Positions 1 to 11,314 of a stretch of DNA of 53,633 bases are shown here, piece by piece. A model generated the notes under the pieces. That model did no database searches. It saw nothing but the letters and a program-made list of their open reading frames with translations, and was not told where the DNA came from. Position numbers and translations under genes: made by a program. Location: assembly GCA_963575745.1 (NCBI GenBank), contig CAUYUJ010000306.1, positions 62,001 to 115,633 on the forward strand, in the 5' to 3' direction. The stretch comes from Prorocentrum cordatum (Eukaryota). Position 1 is the stretch's first letter; each line of letters opens with the position of its first letter.

Positions 1-11
1 GTGGGCCCCGA

Positions 12-402
12 GATCCGACGTCGTGACTTTTGCCATGCGCGGTCCCTGGAAGTCTCGACCCCTTTCCCAAGATAGGGGGGCCACATGCGAACACTACCCC
101 TACACCCCTCAGAAATCGTGGGGGGTAGGGGTAGGGTTCGCCTGTGGCCCCCTCGCCTCGGCGGTCCTGCCGAGGGCTCGGGCTCGCACCTCTCTCACAG
201 GACCGCAGCACTTGGCACAAGGTGCGCGTGGGCCCAAAGATCCGACGTCGTGACTTTTGCCATGCGCGGTCCCTGCAAGTCTCGGCCCCTCTCCCAAGAC
301 CGGGAGCTTCATTCTGAGTCGTGTTTTGACGTGAATTTTGATCCGACGTCGTGAGTTTTGCCATACGCGGCCCCTGGAAGTCTCGGCCCCTTTCCCAAGA
401 CC
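12..402. repeat. Three copies of a 60-bp repeat
   Basis: gatccgacgtcgtga.ttttgccat.cgcgg.ccctg.aagtctcg.cccct.tcccaaga at about 12, 239 and 340. Confidence 0.85.
73..152. mobile_element. Internally deleted or chimeric copy of MITE family 1
   Basis: taggggggccacatgcgaac...cctcagaaatcgtggggggtaggggtagggttcgcctgtggccccc; centre missing and no matching TSD. Confidence 0.8.
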
Positions 403-934
403 GGCTCTTCCTTCTGAGTCGTGTTCTGACGGGCCCGCCCGGCCTCGTTCTGAGGCGGCGCCCCCCTTTTGCCTCCCCCATCTCTGGGTAATTCAAGCTT
501 CGCGCGGCCCGCTCAGCTTCGACCAGAAGAGGTGCGCTCTCGACCCGCGAATCAAAAAATCGTGTCCTGACGGGCCCGGGGCCCAGGGAGAGCCCCTGGA
601 GGCCGAGAACTGCGAGAAGCCCGAGTCTCGTTTTTTCCATGCGCTGGATCTCCGGAGGGGAGGAGGGTGGGGAGGGCCGGCCGCCCAGGAAGGGCTCGGG
701 GGGGGGGGGGGCCTCTCGGAAGGCCCCCTGGAGGGCCTCCAGGGAGCGGAGGGCACCCAGGAAGCCCCCCTGAGCTTACAGGTCGGCCGTGTCCTCTCAC
801 AGGCAGATCTTCGCCTTCTCGGAAGGCCAACCCTCGCTCGCGCCGCCCCGTCCCGCGCGCCGGCGAGCCGCGACGCACAGTGCGTCGCGCCGCGCCCGCC
901 TGCGGGACGCCTGCGGGCAGCTGGGGAGGAGACT

Positions 935-1061
935 CCAGGAGGAGGAGGAGGAGGAGGAGGAGGAGCAGGAGCAGGAGCAGGAGCAGGAGGAGGAGGGGGA
1001 GGAGGAGGAGGAGGAGGAGGAGGAGGAGGAGGAGGAGGAGGAGGAGGAGGAGAGGAGCAGG

Positions 1062-1097
<36 letters not shown>

Positions 1098-1140
1098 AGG
1101 AGGAGGAGGAGGAACAGGAGGAAGAAAAGCAGGAGGAGGC
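935..1140. repeat. (GGA)n microsatellite; similar tracts at about 3118-3453, 26020-26102, 29023-29223, 29838-29915, 30054-30128, 31410-31790 and 34892-34955
   Basis: Direct reading. Confidence 0.97.
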
Positions 1141-1464
1141 CCCGTGCCCTGCACATCGGCCGCTGGAGGGCGAGCTGCGGTCTCCTCCCAGAGGGCACGG
1201 CGGGCCGCGGGCCCGGCGGGGGAGGACGCGGCGAGGCCGAGGGCCGCCCTGCCCGGCGGGCGGGGCCCCCGCCGGTCGGAAGTCGGCGCAGGGTCCGCCT
1301 GCTGAAATCGCAGATGCGCCCCGGCCCCGGTCCTTAGCCCCGGCCCCGGCCCCCGCCGCGGCCCCGGCCCCGAGCCCCAAGAGAGCCCAAGAGGCTCCCA
1401 ATAGAGAGCCGCAAGAGGGGCTCCAGAGCGTCAGCGTCGCCGTCGCTGCTGCTGCCGCCGCCGC

Positions 1465-1503
<39 letters not shown>

Positions 1504-1789
1504 CGCCGTCCCCCTGCAGGCTGAGGGTCAGCGGCACCGGCTGAGAGGCCTTCCCAATCGCAGATGCGCGCGGGAATACAAGTTCTCCACGTCGGCAGCG
1601 TTCGGAGCAGCGAGAGCGGGGAGCACCAGGGGGCTTGGGGCACCTCTGGGGCCCCGAGCCTGGCCAAGCTCGGCGCGCTCCCCCGAAGCGTCGACCCCAC
1701 CATCCCCAAGATGCTGGAGCTCGGCCGATACCTCCGCCAGCGGATGGGCGAAAGTGAAGAAGAACAGATGAGAAATCAAGACGACAGAG

Positions 1790-1837
<48 letters not shown>

Positions 1838-1991
1838 GCGGCAGCGGCAGCGGCAGCAGCAGCGGCAGCAGCGGCACCAGCAGCAGCGACAGCACCCCCC
1901 GCACGTCCAGCACGTCCTGGGACCGTCGGCACGGGCGCGCTTCCGGGAGCGGAGGCACGCAGGAGACGCTCATGCACCACCGCTGCGCCTA

Positions 1992-2150
1992 CAGGGCAGT
2001 TTTTAAAGCATAGGATGTTTAGAAAAAACTGATTTTTTATACCAGATTAATTTAGTGAATTTATGCATGAACTCATCGTTGTTTTTAATACTGAATCCCT
2101 GCATTTTCAACACATGATCCACACGCGGAGCATTATTAAAAACGGCACTG
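1992..2150. mobile_element. AT-rich MITE family 2, TA-flanked (Tc1/mariner-like ends)
   Basis: TA|CAGGGCAGTTTTT...AAAAACGGCACTG|TA; homologous to 51602-51762. Confidence 0.8.
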
Positions 2151-4359
2151 TAGCCAGGGCCACCCTTGGCCCTGGCATGGTGCACACGCCCCCGAGGGCC
2201 GAGGCCAGCAGAGGAAGTGTGCCCCGCCACCGGCACAGGATGGACCTCCCTGGCGGCGCCTCCGGCGCCGCCCCTGGCGCGCTACGCGCGCCAGGGAGGG
2301 CCCAGCGCAGATCCGAGAAATTTGCGCGGACCTCCGTGTTTGTTATGCTTATGTCATTGTTCGTTCCCCTGTGTACAATCAACCCGTATGATAAGAACGC
2401 ACGATGAGGATGCAAGGGCCTTGGAAGGCCATGTCGACGCTTTGCGAGCGTGGCGCGGCCAGCGAAAACGGCCAAGGATGGGCCGAAGGGAAAGGATGTA
2501 CAGGTCACCTTGGAAAGTTGCGCATCCTTACTATGCGGGTTGACAGTACGGCGGGTCCCTGTCGTGACGACCCAGGCTCTGGTTTCTGACACCGAGTGGA
2601 TCGTGCGGCTTCTCGATGTCTGGATCGCTCCATATTGACCGCTTCTGGGACACGGACGGAGTTCGGCACTGGATGCCCGCGTCGGGGCCATCGCCGCGTC
2701 GACATGACACGAGCCTACCGCACAGATGCCCTCTGCGGGAAGAAGGACGAGGAGGAGGAAGAGGAGGAGGAGGAGGAGGAGGAAGTTGGCGGCGCGCACA
2801 AGAGGGTAGGGGAAGGGGGGAAGTCTTCTGAGAAGGAGGCTGCTTCTTAAAAGGCGCCGGCCCTACATCTGTAGACGAGGCCCGCGCCGTCTCAGGAGCA
2901 CCTAACCCCCTCTGCGCGTGGCCGAGCGGGCATCGCGCGCTTCCCCATCCCCCCAGGGACCGTAGGACACCCGCGGGTCGCCGTCCAGCCCGCCGACGAT
3001 GCCCGGCAGCGCCGCCCGGAGCACGACGCCGCCCAGGGAGTGGCAGACGAAGTGCAGCACCAGGGAGGGAACCGCCGAGGCCTGGGGCCAAGGGCCAAGA
3101 GGAGCCCATCGAGGATCGAGGAGGAGGAGGAGGAGGAGGAGGAGGAGGCGGAGGAGGAGGAGGAGGAGGAGGAGGAGGAGGAGGAGGGGAGGAGGAGGAG
3201 GAGGAGGAGGAATACCCTGGGAATACCCTGAGAAGCACCAGTCGTGCTCGGGAGGAGGAGAAGGAGGAGGAGGAGGACGAGGAGGAGGAGGCAGAGAGGA
3301 GGAGGAGGAGGAGGAGGAGGAGGAGGAGGAGGAGGAGGAGGAGGAGGACGGGAGAGGGGGGAGGAGGGGAGGAGGAGGAGGAGGAGGAGGAGGAGGAGGA
3401 GGAGGAGGAGGAGGAGGAGGAGGACGAGGACGAGGACGAGGAGGAGGAGGAGGAGCAACCCATCGAGGATCCAAGACCGGCGGCAGGAGACGCTCGGCGG
3501 CAGGGCACGGCGGCGAGGCCGCCCTGTGCGCCTGCTCCGGTGCGGCTGGGGCGGTCCCCAGCGGAGAGGGCGGGCGGAGGGCTTCCGGCGCGGGTGCCCG
3601 GCCCAGGGCGCTGCCAGAAATGCCCACTGGCCCAAGGTCCCCCCAGGATTTCCAAGGAGGCCCCCAGGGCCTCGAGTTAACCCCACCCAGTCCCAGAGGG
3701 CCTCCAGAGCACCCCACCCAGTCCCAGAGGGCCCCGGGGGCTCCAAAACGGAGCGGAAAGCTGGGGACACCTTGGGCTAGGGGCACCTTGGCCAACCTCC
3801 GAGCGGGAAGGGCCAGGCGCCATACAGCCGGGCTGCTGAAATGAGGAGCGCTACAGAAGGAGCGAAGCCTCTGTTTTGCACCAACAGCGCCCGGGTGCAC
3901 GAGGAGGGTAAGAGGAACAGCCACAGAAGGACATAAAGAACAGCAAGCCCCTTCCGAACCCAAACTGTTCCTTATTCCAGCGTCTTGACTACATGAGCAA
4001 GCTGTTGCCCTATCTCCGTAGGACATGGGTGGTGGCTTCCACGCGCACTTCCGAAGAGGAAGGTGCAAGCAGCATCAACAGAGGAGACGGAGGAGCATCA
4101 AACAGTCCAAGAAGGCTTGCCAGTGGAAGGGGAGAGAGGGGGAGGCCGAGAGGGCGCAGAGGCGCGGGGCCGAGCGCCTAATGTTGCGGTGAGGGCGAAG
4201 GTGCCGCCGAGGGCGGGGGCAAAGGGGGGGGCAGAGGCAGAAGTCCGGGTGGGGGCGGAAGGGAAGAGGGCGAGGAGAGGGATAAGTGCAGCGCAGACCG
4301 CCCAGAGCCCGCGGGGCTGGTAGATCTGTCAGCAGAGACGTCTCTTGTGCGGGAGATGC

Positions 4360-6260
4360 CTTATGGGCCATGTTGAAGCCTTGTGGGCCATCTGGAGGCC
4401 ATCTTGGGCGTGTTCGAGCGATATGTCCGCGTTTCGGGGCCTCTTGGAGGCATCCTGCGGCCCTTGTCAGCAGTGCTGGGGCATTTGGGGGCCGTCTGGG
4501 GCCGGCCCTGGGCCGTCTCGGCGTCTTCGTAAGGCCTGTTGGGGCAACATGTAAGTCTCCGGGACCGTCTTGGAGCGTCGGGAAGCGGAACAGGCACAAT
4601 CGCTAAAACGCACAAAAAGCATAAGGAACATCAAGGATTTCGGTTTCTTGGGGCCTTTTTCGGAGTGCTCTTGGGGACCCCTTGGGCCGTGTTGGAAGTC
4701 TTGTGCGCCATCTGGAAGCCATCTTGAGCGCATTAGGGTGATATTTCAGTGACTGTAGCCCTCTTGGAAGCCTCTCGCGGCCCTTTTCAGCTGTGTTGGG
4801 GCTGTCTTGGGCCGTCTGGGGGCGGCCCTGGGCCGTCTCGGCGCCCTCGTGGAAGCCTGTTTGAACGAACTTTGCACATCCTGGACCGTCTTGGAGCGTC
4901 GGGGGAAGCCGAACAGGCAGAACTTCTTGGGCCGTGTTGGAAGCCTTGTGGGCCATCCAGAGGCCACCTTGGGCGTGTTGGATCAATTTTTCAGCGACCG
5001 TAGGCCTCTTGGAAGCCCCTTGCAGCCCTCTTCATCTGTGCAGGGGCTGTCTTGGGCCGTCTGGGGGCGCCCTTGGCGGCCGTCCCCCCGTGGAGCGTCA
5101 AGGGCCCCCTCTGGGGCCCCTCCGCCTCGCGCCCAGAAACCTTAGGACAAATTGTCCTGGACGAAATCAAGGATTTTGGCGGAAAGCTCTTGGGCGGGCC
5201 CCGTGGGCCGTGTTGGCAGCCTTGTGGGCCCTCTGGAGGCCCTCTTGGGCGTGTTCGAGCCTCGAGCGACGTGCCCGCGTGTCGGAGCCTCCTGGAGGCC
5301 TCTGGCGGCCCTTGCCGGCAGTGTTGGCGTGTCTTGGGCCGTCTGAGAGAGCGGCCCTGGGCCCCCTCGGCGGCCCGGTGGAAGCCTGCTCGGACCATCT
5401 CCGGCGCCCTGGACCGTCTTGGAGCGTCGGGAAGCCGAACAGGCAGAAACGCTGAACTGCACAAAAAGCACAAGGAAATCAATGATTCTGAACTTGGGGC
5501 CCTTTTTGGTGTGCTCTTGGGGGCCCCCCTGGGCAGTGTTGGAAGCCTAGTTGGGCCATCCAGAGGCCATCTTGGGCGTGGTAGGGCGATAGCTCGGTGA
5601 CCGCAACTCTCTTGGAGGCCTGTCGCGGCCCTTTTCAGCTGTGTTGGGGCTGTCTTGGGCCGTCTGGGGGCGGCCCTGGGCCGTCTCGGCACTCTCGTGG
5701 GGGCCTGTTGGGGCGATATTTGGGCGTCCGGGACCAGCTTGGGGCGTCGGGAAGCGGAACAGGCAGAAACGTGGAACTGCGCCCAAAACCGTCGGAAAAT
5801 CTATGCTTTGGGCTTCTTGGGGTTCTTTTGGGAGTGCTCTTGGGGACCCCTTGGGCCGGTTTGGAAGCCTTGTGGGCCATCTGGAGGCCATCTTGGCGGT
5901 GTTCGAGCGATATGTCCCCGTTTCGGGGCCTCTTGGAAGCCTCTTCTTTTCTGCAGTGTTGGAGCTGTCTTGGGCCTTCTGGGGGCGGCCCTAGGCCGTC
6001 TCAGCGCCCTGGTGGAAGCCTGTTTGGACGATTTGCTGGTTTCCTGGACCGTCATAGAAAGTCGAGAAGACGAACAGGCAGAAACGCTAAAATGATTTTA
6101 GTTTCTTGGGGCTCATTCGAGAATGCTCTCAGGGGGCCCCTTGGGCCGTGTTGGAAGCCTTCTTGGGCGTGTTAGAACGATATTTCCGCGACTGTAGGCC
6201 TCTTGGAGGCCTCTCGCGGCACTTCTCAGCTGTGTTGGGGCTGTCTTGGGCCGTCCGGGG
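4360..6260. repeat. Diverged tandem array, about 7 units of 250-325 bp
   Basis: Anchor tgggccgtgttggaagccttgtgggccatc recurs near 4365, 4682, 4928, 5203, 5530, 5851 and 6141. Confidence 0.85.
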
Positions 6261-6344
6261 GCGTCGCGGGCGGCCCAGCACCCCAATGCGGCCCGGCCCG
6301 GCACCGTTGGGGGCCCCCTCCCGGGCCCCCCCGCCTCGTGCGCA

Positions 6345-6413
6345 GGGATATGGATATGGATATATGTATGTTATGTGTATAAATGTATGTGTACACATAC
6401 ATATATGTTTATA

Positions 6414-6456
<43 letters not shown>

Positions 6457-6935
6457 TATATATATACTATATGTCTATATATACACATACGCATAAACCT
6501 CTATAAACATATAGGCATATACATACACATATTCATATACATAAACATATGCAAAGACGTACACATTTGCGTATACATATACATATACATGTACATATAC
6601 ATATACAAACATACACGTATACCTATACAAATGCATAAACATATAAATATCGATGCATATGCATATATACATATATATATATATATGTATGCACATGTAC
6701 ATTTACGTATACATCAACACCTACATATTCGTGTGTATTCACATGTACATACATAAATACATATGCAAAAAAAAACATGTGCATCTAAATATATACATAT
6801 ATGCATAAATGCATATATATACAGATTTGCCTGTAACTACATATACATATGTATATACATATACATGCATATTTACATGTATACATGCATGCATACTTTC
6901 ACATGCGTATACATATGCATGTTCATATTTATATG
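6345..6935. repeat. Degenerate (TA)/(TACA) low-complexity tract
   Basis: Direct reading. Confidence 0.95.
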
Positions 6936-8254
6936 TATACATGTATGTATACCTATGTGTGTATATGAGAATACCTGCACATAAATGTGTGTATACATAT
7001 GTATGATAACCGAGAGGAGCCAGTCAAAATGTTTTGAGGGCTGTAGGGCTATGAGGCTAGTTGGCTATAGGGCTATAAGGCTATATGGCTAGTGGGCTAT
7101 AGGGTTATAGGGAGATAGGGCTATATATAGGGCTATTAGGCTATAGGGCTATGGGACTACTATAGGGCTGTAAGGCTATGGGGCCATAGAGCTACCAGGC
7201 ACCTGGGCACCCGGGCACCCGGGCACCCGGGCACCAGGGCACCCCCGGGCCCCCGAACACGCGGGCACCCGGGCGGCCCGGGCGTGCCGCCGAAACCGGC
7301 GCCATACCTCACCTAACCATACGAATCCACTAGGACCATACGAAACCGGCGCCATACCTCACCTAACCATAAAGAGGCAAGCTCTGATTGGGGAATATGT
7401 GTATTTGCGTGTATATATCTGTAGAAGGGTATGTGCATCCCTCTATGTATCCCAGATTGTCTCTCTATAAATGACTACATACATACATACATACATACAT
7501 ACATACATACATACATACATACATACATACATAGGTACATACACATAGATAGACAGGCAGGCAGACAGACTCACAGACAGGCATGCATACACGCAGACAT
7601 ACGTACATACGTAACTACCTACATAAATACATGCATGCATGCATGCATGCATGCATACATACATGCAAACATGCACACACGCACATACAAACATACATAC
7701 AGACGTACATACATACGTACATACAAACGTATAGACATACATGCACACATTCATGCACACAGGCAGACAGAAAGGCAGACAGACAGACAGACAAGACATG
7801 CATGCATACATGCATGCATGCATGCGTACATGTATGCACGCATACATGCATGCATGCATGTATGCATACATGCATACACGCATACACATATATCGATACA
7901 TGCAGAAACACATGCATATATACTTATATACATGCACGCAAGAATAAACACATACAAACATACATACATACAGACATATACATGTATGCATGCATGTTTG
8001 CGCACTCGTATACACCAAGGCATATATACATACATACATACACACATACATACATACAGACATGCAAATATAGGTACATGTGTACATACATTCAAGCATA
8101 ACTACGTAAAAACATACATATGAATACACCTGCACAAATCTATAAGATAGGCCCGTGTTTATTCTCGATTATGTTCCAACCTACCTCATCTCCCCTCCCT
8201 TCTCCTTCCTCCTTTTCCTCCTCCTCAACACCCTTTCCCTTCCCTCCTCCCTCC
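6935..8254. repeat. Host composite repeat copy 1, left part (continues at 23717-24035 beyond the retroelement)
   Basis: Same order as 24155-25848: (GGGCTATA)n, (GGGCACCC)n, ggcgccatacctcaccta, (TACA/CATG)n, ggcccgtg..ccaacctacctcatc. Confidence 0.85.
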
Positions 8255-8464
8255 GTTAAGTGAGATACGCGTGCACTCAACGGAGGGAGAGGAGGAGAGG
8301 AGGGGACGAGAGAGGGACCAGGACAGGGCGATGGTATTTTCATGGCAGCGTGGCGACGCGCATCTCCGCCTGGGCGTGGGCCCTGATGGCCCACGCTCAA
8401 CGCGAGCGCGTGGGCCCTGACGGCCCGCGCGCTCGCGCTCTGGCACGCCTGCGGCCGCTTGGCC
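8255..8464 (-). repeat. Terminal repeat B2 (210 bp)
   Basis: Direct copy of 8606-8815; its left edge abuts host ...cctccctcc. Confidence 0.95.
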
Positions 8465-8500
8465 GACGCAGGCGTCTGGGAGCAAAGCGGGGTGGGTGGG

Positions 8501-8605
8501 CACCCGCGCGTCGGCCAGAGCCGAACGCTACGGACCCAAAATGGCTACCTGAGCCCACACCCCCTCCCACTTAACCTGCAGTCTACAACCAATCAGACTA
8601 TACAA
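8501..8605 (-). repeat. Internal repeat A2 (105 bp)
   Basis: Direct copy of 23612-23716, abutting B1 at tacaa|gttaag. Confidence 0.95.
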
Positions 8606-8815
8606 GTTAAGTGAGATACGCGTGCACTCAACGGAGGGAGAGGAGGAGAGGAGGGGACGAGAGAGGGACCAGGACAGGGCGATGGTATTTTCATGGCAGC
8701 GTGGCGACGCGCATCTCCGCCTGGGCGTGGGCCCTGATGGCCCACGCTCAACGCGAGCGCGTGGGCCCTGACGGCCCGCGCGCTCGCGCTCTGGCACGCC
8801 TGCGGCCGCTTGGCC
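8606..8815 (-). repeat. Internal repeat B1 (210 bp)
   Basis: gttaagtgagatacg...cggccgcttggcc; no difference from 8255-8464 seen on reading. Confidence 0.95.
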
Positions 8816-9130
8816 ATGAGAAAAAAGTAAACGCAGCCGCGCGCGCGGGGACGCCCAGCCCAAGCGCGAGGGCGGATCCGGAGGCTACAAGAGCCTCGCG
8901 CGCGCGGCCACTTGCCTGCAACCTTGAGGCCTTCCGCGCCCCGCGCACCCAGAGCGCGGGCGCGGCGCGTGCGCGATGCGCGCAAAAGTACCGAAAGGGG
9001 ACGGCGCATGATGCGCCGGGCGCAGAGCGCAAGTGTGGCCCCGACCGCACGGCGCGCAAGACGCGCGGCGCGGCCGGGTCCAGGAAGCACGCGACGTGCG
9101 CGCAACGTTCAAACTCCTCCAAAGAGAGAG

Positions 9131-9239
9131 GATCGCAGGCGCCACCTGCGTACCGTAGGCTAAAAGAAAAAAGATCGCAGGCGCCACCTGCGCACCGTAG
9201 GCTCAAAGGATCGCAGGCGCCACCTGCGCACGGTAGGCT
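9131..9239. repeat. Three 31-bp direct repeats, each with a hairpin, in the element 3' region
   Basis: GATCGCAGGCGCCACCTGCG(C/T)AC(C/G)GTAGGCT at 9131, 9173 and 9209; stem CGCAGG/CCTGCG. Confidence 0.9.
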
Positions 9240-9331
9240 GAGAGGAGGGCCGGCTCACTCACAGGCCGCCGCCTTCAGCCCGCGCCCGCGATGCCGCGGG
9301 CGCTGGCGTCGGGATACGGGGAGCTCCACGC

Positions 9332-11314
9332 CTAGATGGAGGGCGTGTTCCCCTGGCGGTCGCGGCTCTCGTCTCCGCTGCGGTCTCCGCCGCGCTCGCT
9401 GAGGTCCCGGGGGCTGCCGCCATCGCCGCCCCTCGACGCGCGATCGCCCGCGCTGGGCCGGTCACGCTCACTCCGGCCGCGGCTGCCCTGGTCGCCCTTG
9501 GTGTGGCCGCCCTTGCCGCTCTTGTCGCCCTTGCCGCCGCTCTTGGAGCCCTTGGCGGCCTTGCCGGAGTGCTTGCCCTTGACCTTGCCGCCCTTGCCGC
9601 CCTTGTCGCCCGCGCCCTTGCCACGCCAGGCTGGGATCCCACCCCCGCCCGCGGCAGCCTCCGCGGCGGCAGCACGCCGCCGCTTTTTCTCCTGCTCGTA
9701 CCAGCCGCCGCGAGGAGCGCGAAGCTGCCCAGCGTGCTTCCCGGTCTTACGCCGCGCGCGGCCGGGAGGGGTGTCGCCGCGCCGCGCCCACGCTGGGTCC
9801 CGCGCCAGACTGCGGCTGGGCGACCTCTCGCGCTTGGGCCGGTTGCGGCTGGGCGACCTCTCACGCTTGGGCCAGCTGAGGTCGCCTGGCGGGCGGTCCC
9901 CCTCAGCCCCCGCACCCGTGGCACCCGTGCTGGGGCGCTCTCCGTGGCCGGCACTGGGGCCCGGCGCCTCCCGCACGGTGTGGCCGCTCCGCCGGGCCTT
10001 CTCCACCACCGTCTTGGGTTTGCCGAAGGCGACGCGGCAAGCCTCGCAGTAGCTCACGTCGCACCCCTTACAGTGCCACCGCAGGGCTCCGCTGTTAGCT
10101 CCGCCCGCGGGGCACATCTCGCAACCCCAACCGTCTCCCGGGTCAAAGGAGCTCCAGCGCATCTTGAGTGCGCACGTCGGGCAGGCAGGCGGCTGGATGG
10201 TCGGGCCATCCTCCCCGTCGCTGCCTGGGTCAGGGCCGCGAGGTCGGCTCGCCCACTCCGTGACCACCGTGCACGGGTCCGTCTTGTAGAACCGATAGTT
10301 CGACCTCATGCACTCCCGCGCGCGCTTTGCGTCAGCGCGGCGCTGGAACTCCACCAGCACGCACGGCTCCCGCTTGTGGCGGTGGTCGTACAGGAAGGCG
10401 ATGTGTTTGACGACCCCAAAGGGCACGACCACCTGCCTGACCACCTCGGCATCGACGTGGTGCGGTACCCGCTCGATGCGGATGATGGACTCGCCCTCGT
10501 CGTGCTGGTCACTGGGCTGCTGCTGGGCGCCCTGGCGCTGCTCCTCCTTGCGCCTACGGCGGCTCCTCGAGCGCGGCTGGCGCTGGGGCGGACCGTCCCC
10601 CGCGCCTGGCGCCGCCGTCTCCTCCACCTCGGTCTTCACCTCGAAGGACCGCGGCGGCGCCCCCCCGCTCTTGGGCTTCAGGACGGCCTCACGCTTCACG
10701 ATGTCGGCCTTCGGGGGGGCGCCGCCCGTCTTGGGTTTCAAGACGGCCTCCTCCTCCCGTCCCCTGCGCCCGCGATCGCGAGGCTCATCGCGCTCGCGAT
10801 CGCGGCGCCTCGCGCGCGAGGGCGAGCGCAAGGGCGCAGGGCGCCTCTCGCGCTTGCGGACCTCTTCGGCGAGGCGCTCCTGGCCCGGGGACCGCGCGGG
10901 CCGCGGGCGCTCCGCTGGAGCGCCTTTGCTCTGGCGCCGCGCGGCAGCCTGGATGGCCGCACGCGCCAGCGCCGCGGTGACCGCGTCCTCTCCCGGCTCG
11001 AGGACCGGGGCTGGGGTCGACCTCCCCTCGCCCCTGCTCGAGGCGTCGTCCACGTCGGTGAGCTCCACGACCGCCTCTGCGTCCACCGTGCGCATCATGT
11101 CGAGCAGCCCCCTGTTGTGCTTGCAGAGCACGCGGAGCTCCGGCATGGGCTGCCCCTGGAACTGGGCCAGGGCGAGCGCCAGCTTGGCCGCCTGGCGCTG
11201 GACCTTGATATTCGGCCCCGCGCCCACTCCCCACGCGCCCCGCTTGCCGTCGACGATCACCAGCTGGCCGTGGTCCTCGCTCGCCCCCGCGGCCAAGCAG
11301 CCGCCGCGATGCAC
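9332..11314 (-). CDS. Extra element ORF: dsRBD-like motif, RS-rich linker, RRM, ZZ-like Cys finger, RS/KG-rich tail; true start probably ATG 11533 with a frameshift at about 11320
   Basis: WGVGAGPNIKVQRQAAKLALAL; IRIERVP..VVPFGVVKHI..CVLVEFQRRADAKRA; CEMC..RWHCKGCDVSYCEAC; PKRERSPSR twice. Confidence 0.75.
   Translation of the reverse strand: MHRGGCLAAGASEDHGQLVIVDGKRGAWGVGAGPNIKVQRQAAKLALALAQFQGQPMPELRVLCKHNRGLLDMMRTVDAEAVVELTDVDDASSRGEGRSTPAPVLEPGEDAVTAALARAAIQAAARRQSKGAPAERPRPARSPGQERLAEEVRKRERRPAPLRSPSRARRRDRERDEPRDRGRRGREEEAVLKPKTGGAPPKADIVKREAVLKPKSGGAPPRSFEVKTEVEETAAPGAGDGPPQRQPRSRSRRRRKEEQRQGAQQQPSDQHDEGESIIRIERVPHHVDAEVVRQVVVPFGVVKHIAFLYDHRHKREPCVLVEFQRRADAKRARECMRSNYRFYKTDPCTVVTEWASRPRGPDPGSDGEDGPTIQPPACPTCALKMRWSSFDPGDGWGCEMCPAGGANSGALRWHCKGCDVSYCEACRVAFGKPKTVVEKARRSGHTVREAPGPSAGHGERPSTGATGAGAEGDRPPGDLSWPKRERSPSRNRPKRERSPSRSLARDPAWARRGDTPPGRARRKTGKHAGQLRAPRGGWYEQEKKRRRAAAAEAAAGGGGIPAWRGKGAGDKGGKGGKVKGKHSGKAAKGSKSGGKGDKSGKGGHTKGDQGSRGRSERDRPSAGDRASRGGDGGSPRDLSERGGDRSGDESRDRQGNTPSI

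Noticed and set aside
338..4068. Long ORFs rich in poly-G/E/P/L/R/S
   Set aside because: Open in several frames on both strands because of (GGA)n/(GCC)n/(GCA)n repeats; no domain motifs.
7040..7195. (GGGCTATA)n as an interstitial telomere
   Set aside because: It is a degenerate 8-mer, not TTTAGGG, and part of a duplicated composite repeat.
9131..9239. CRISPR-like array
   Set aside because: Only three repeats with 5-11 nt low-complexity linkers, no unique spacers, no cas genes, and a eukaryotic context.
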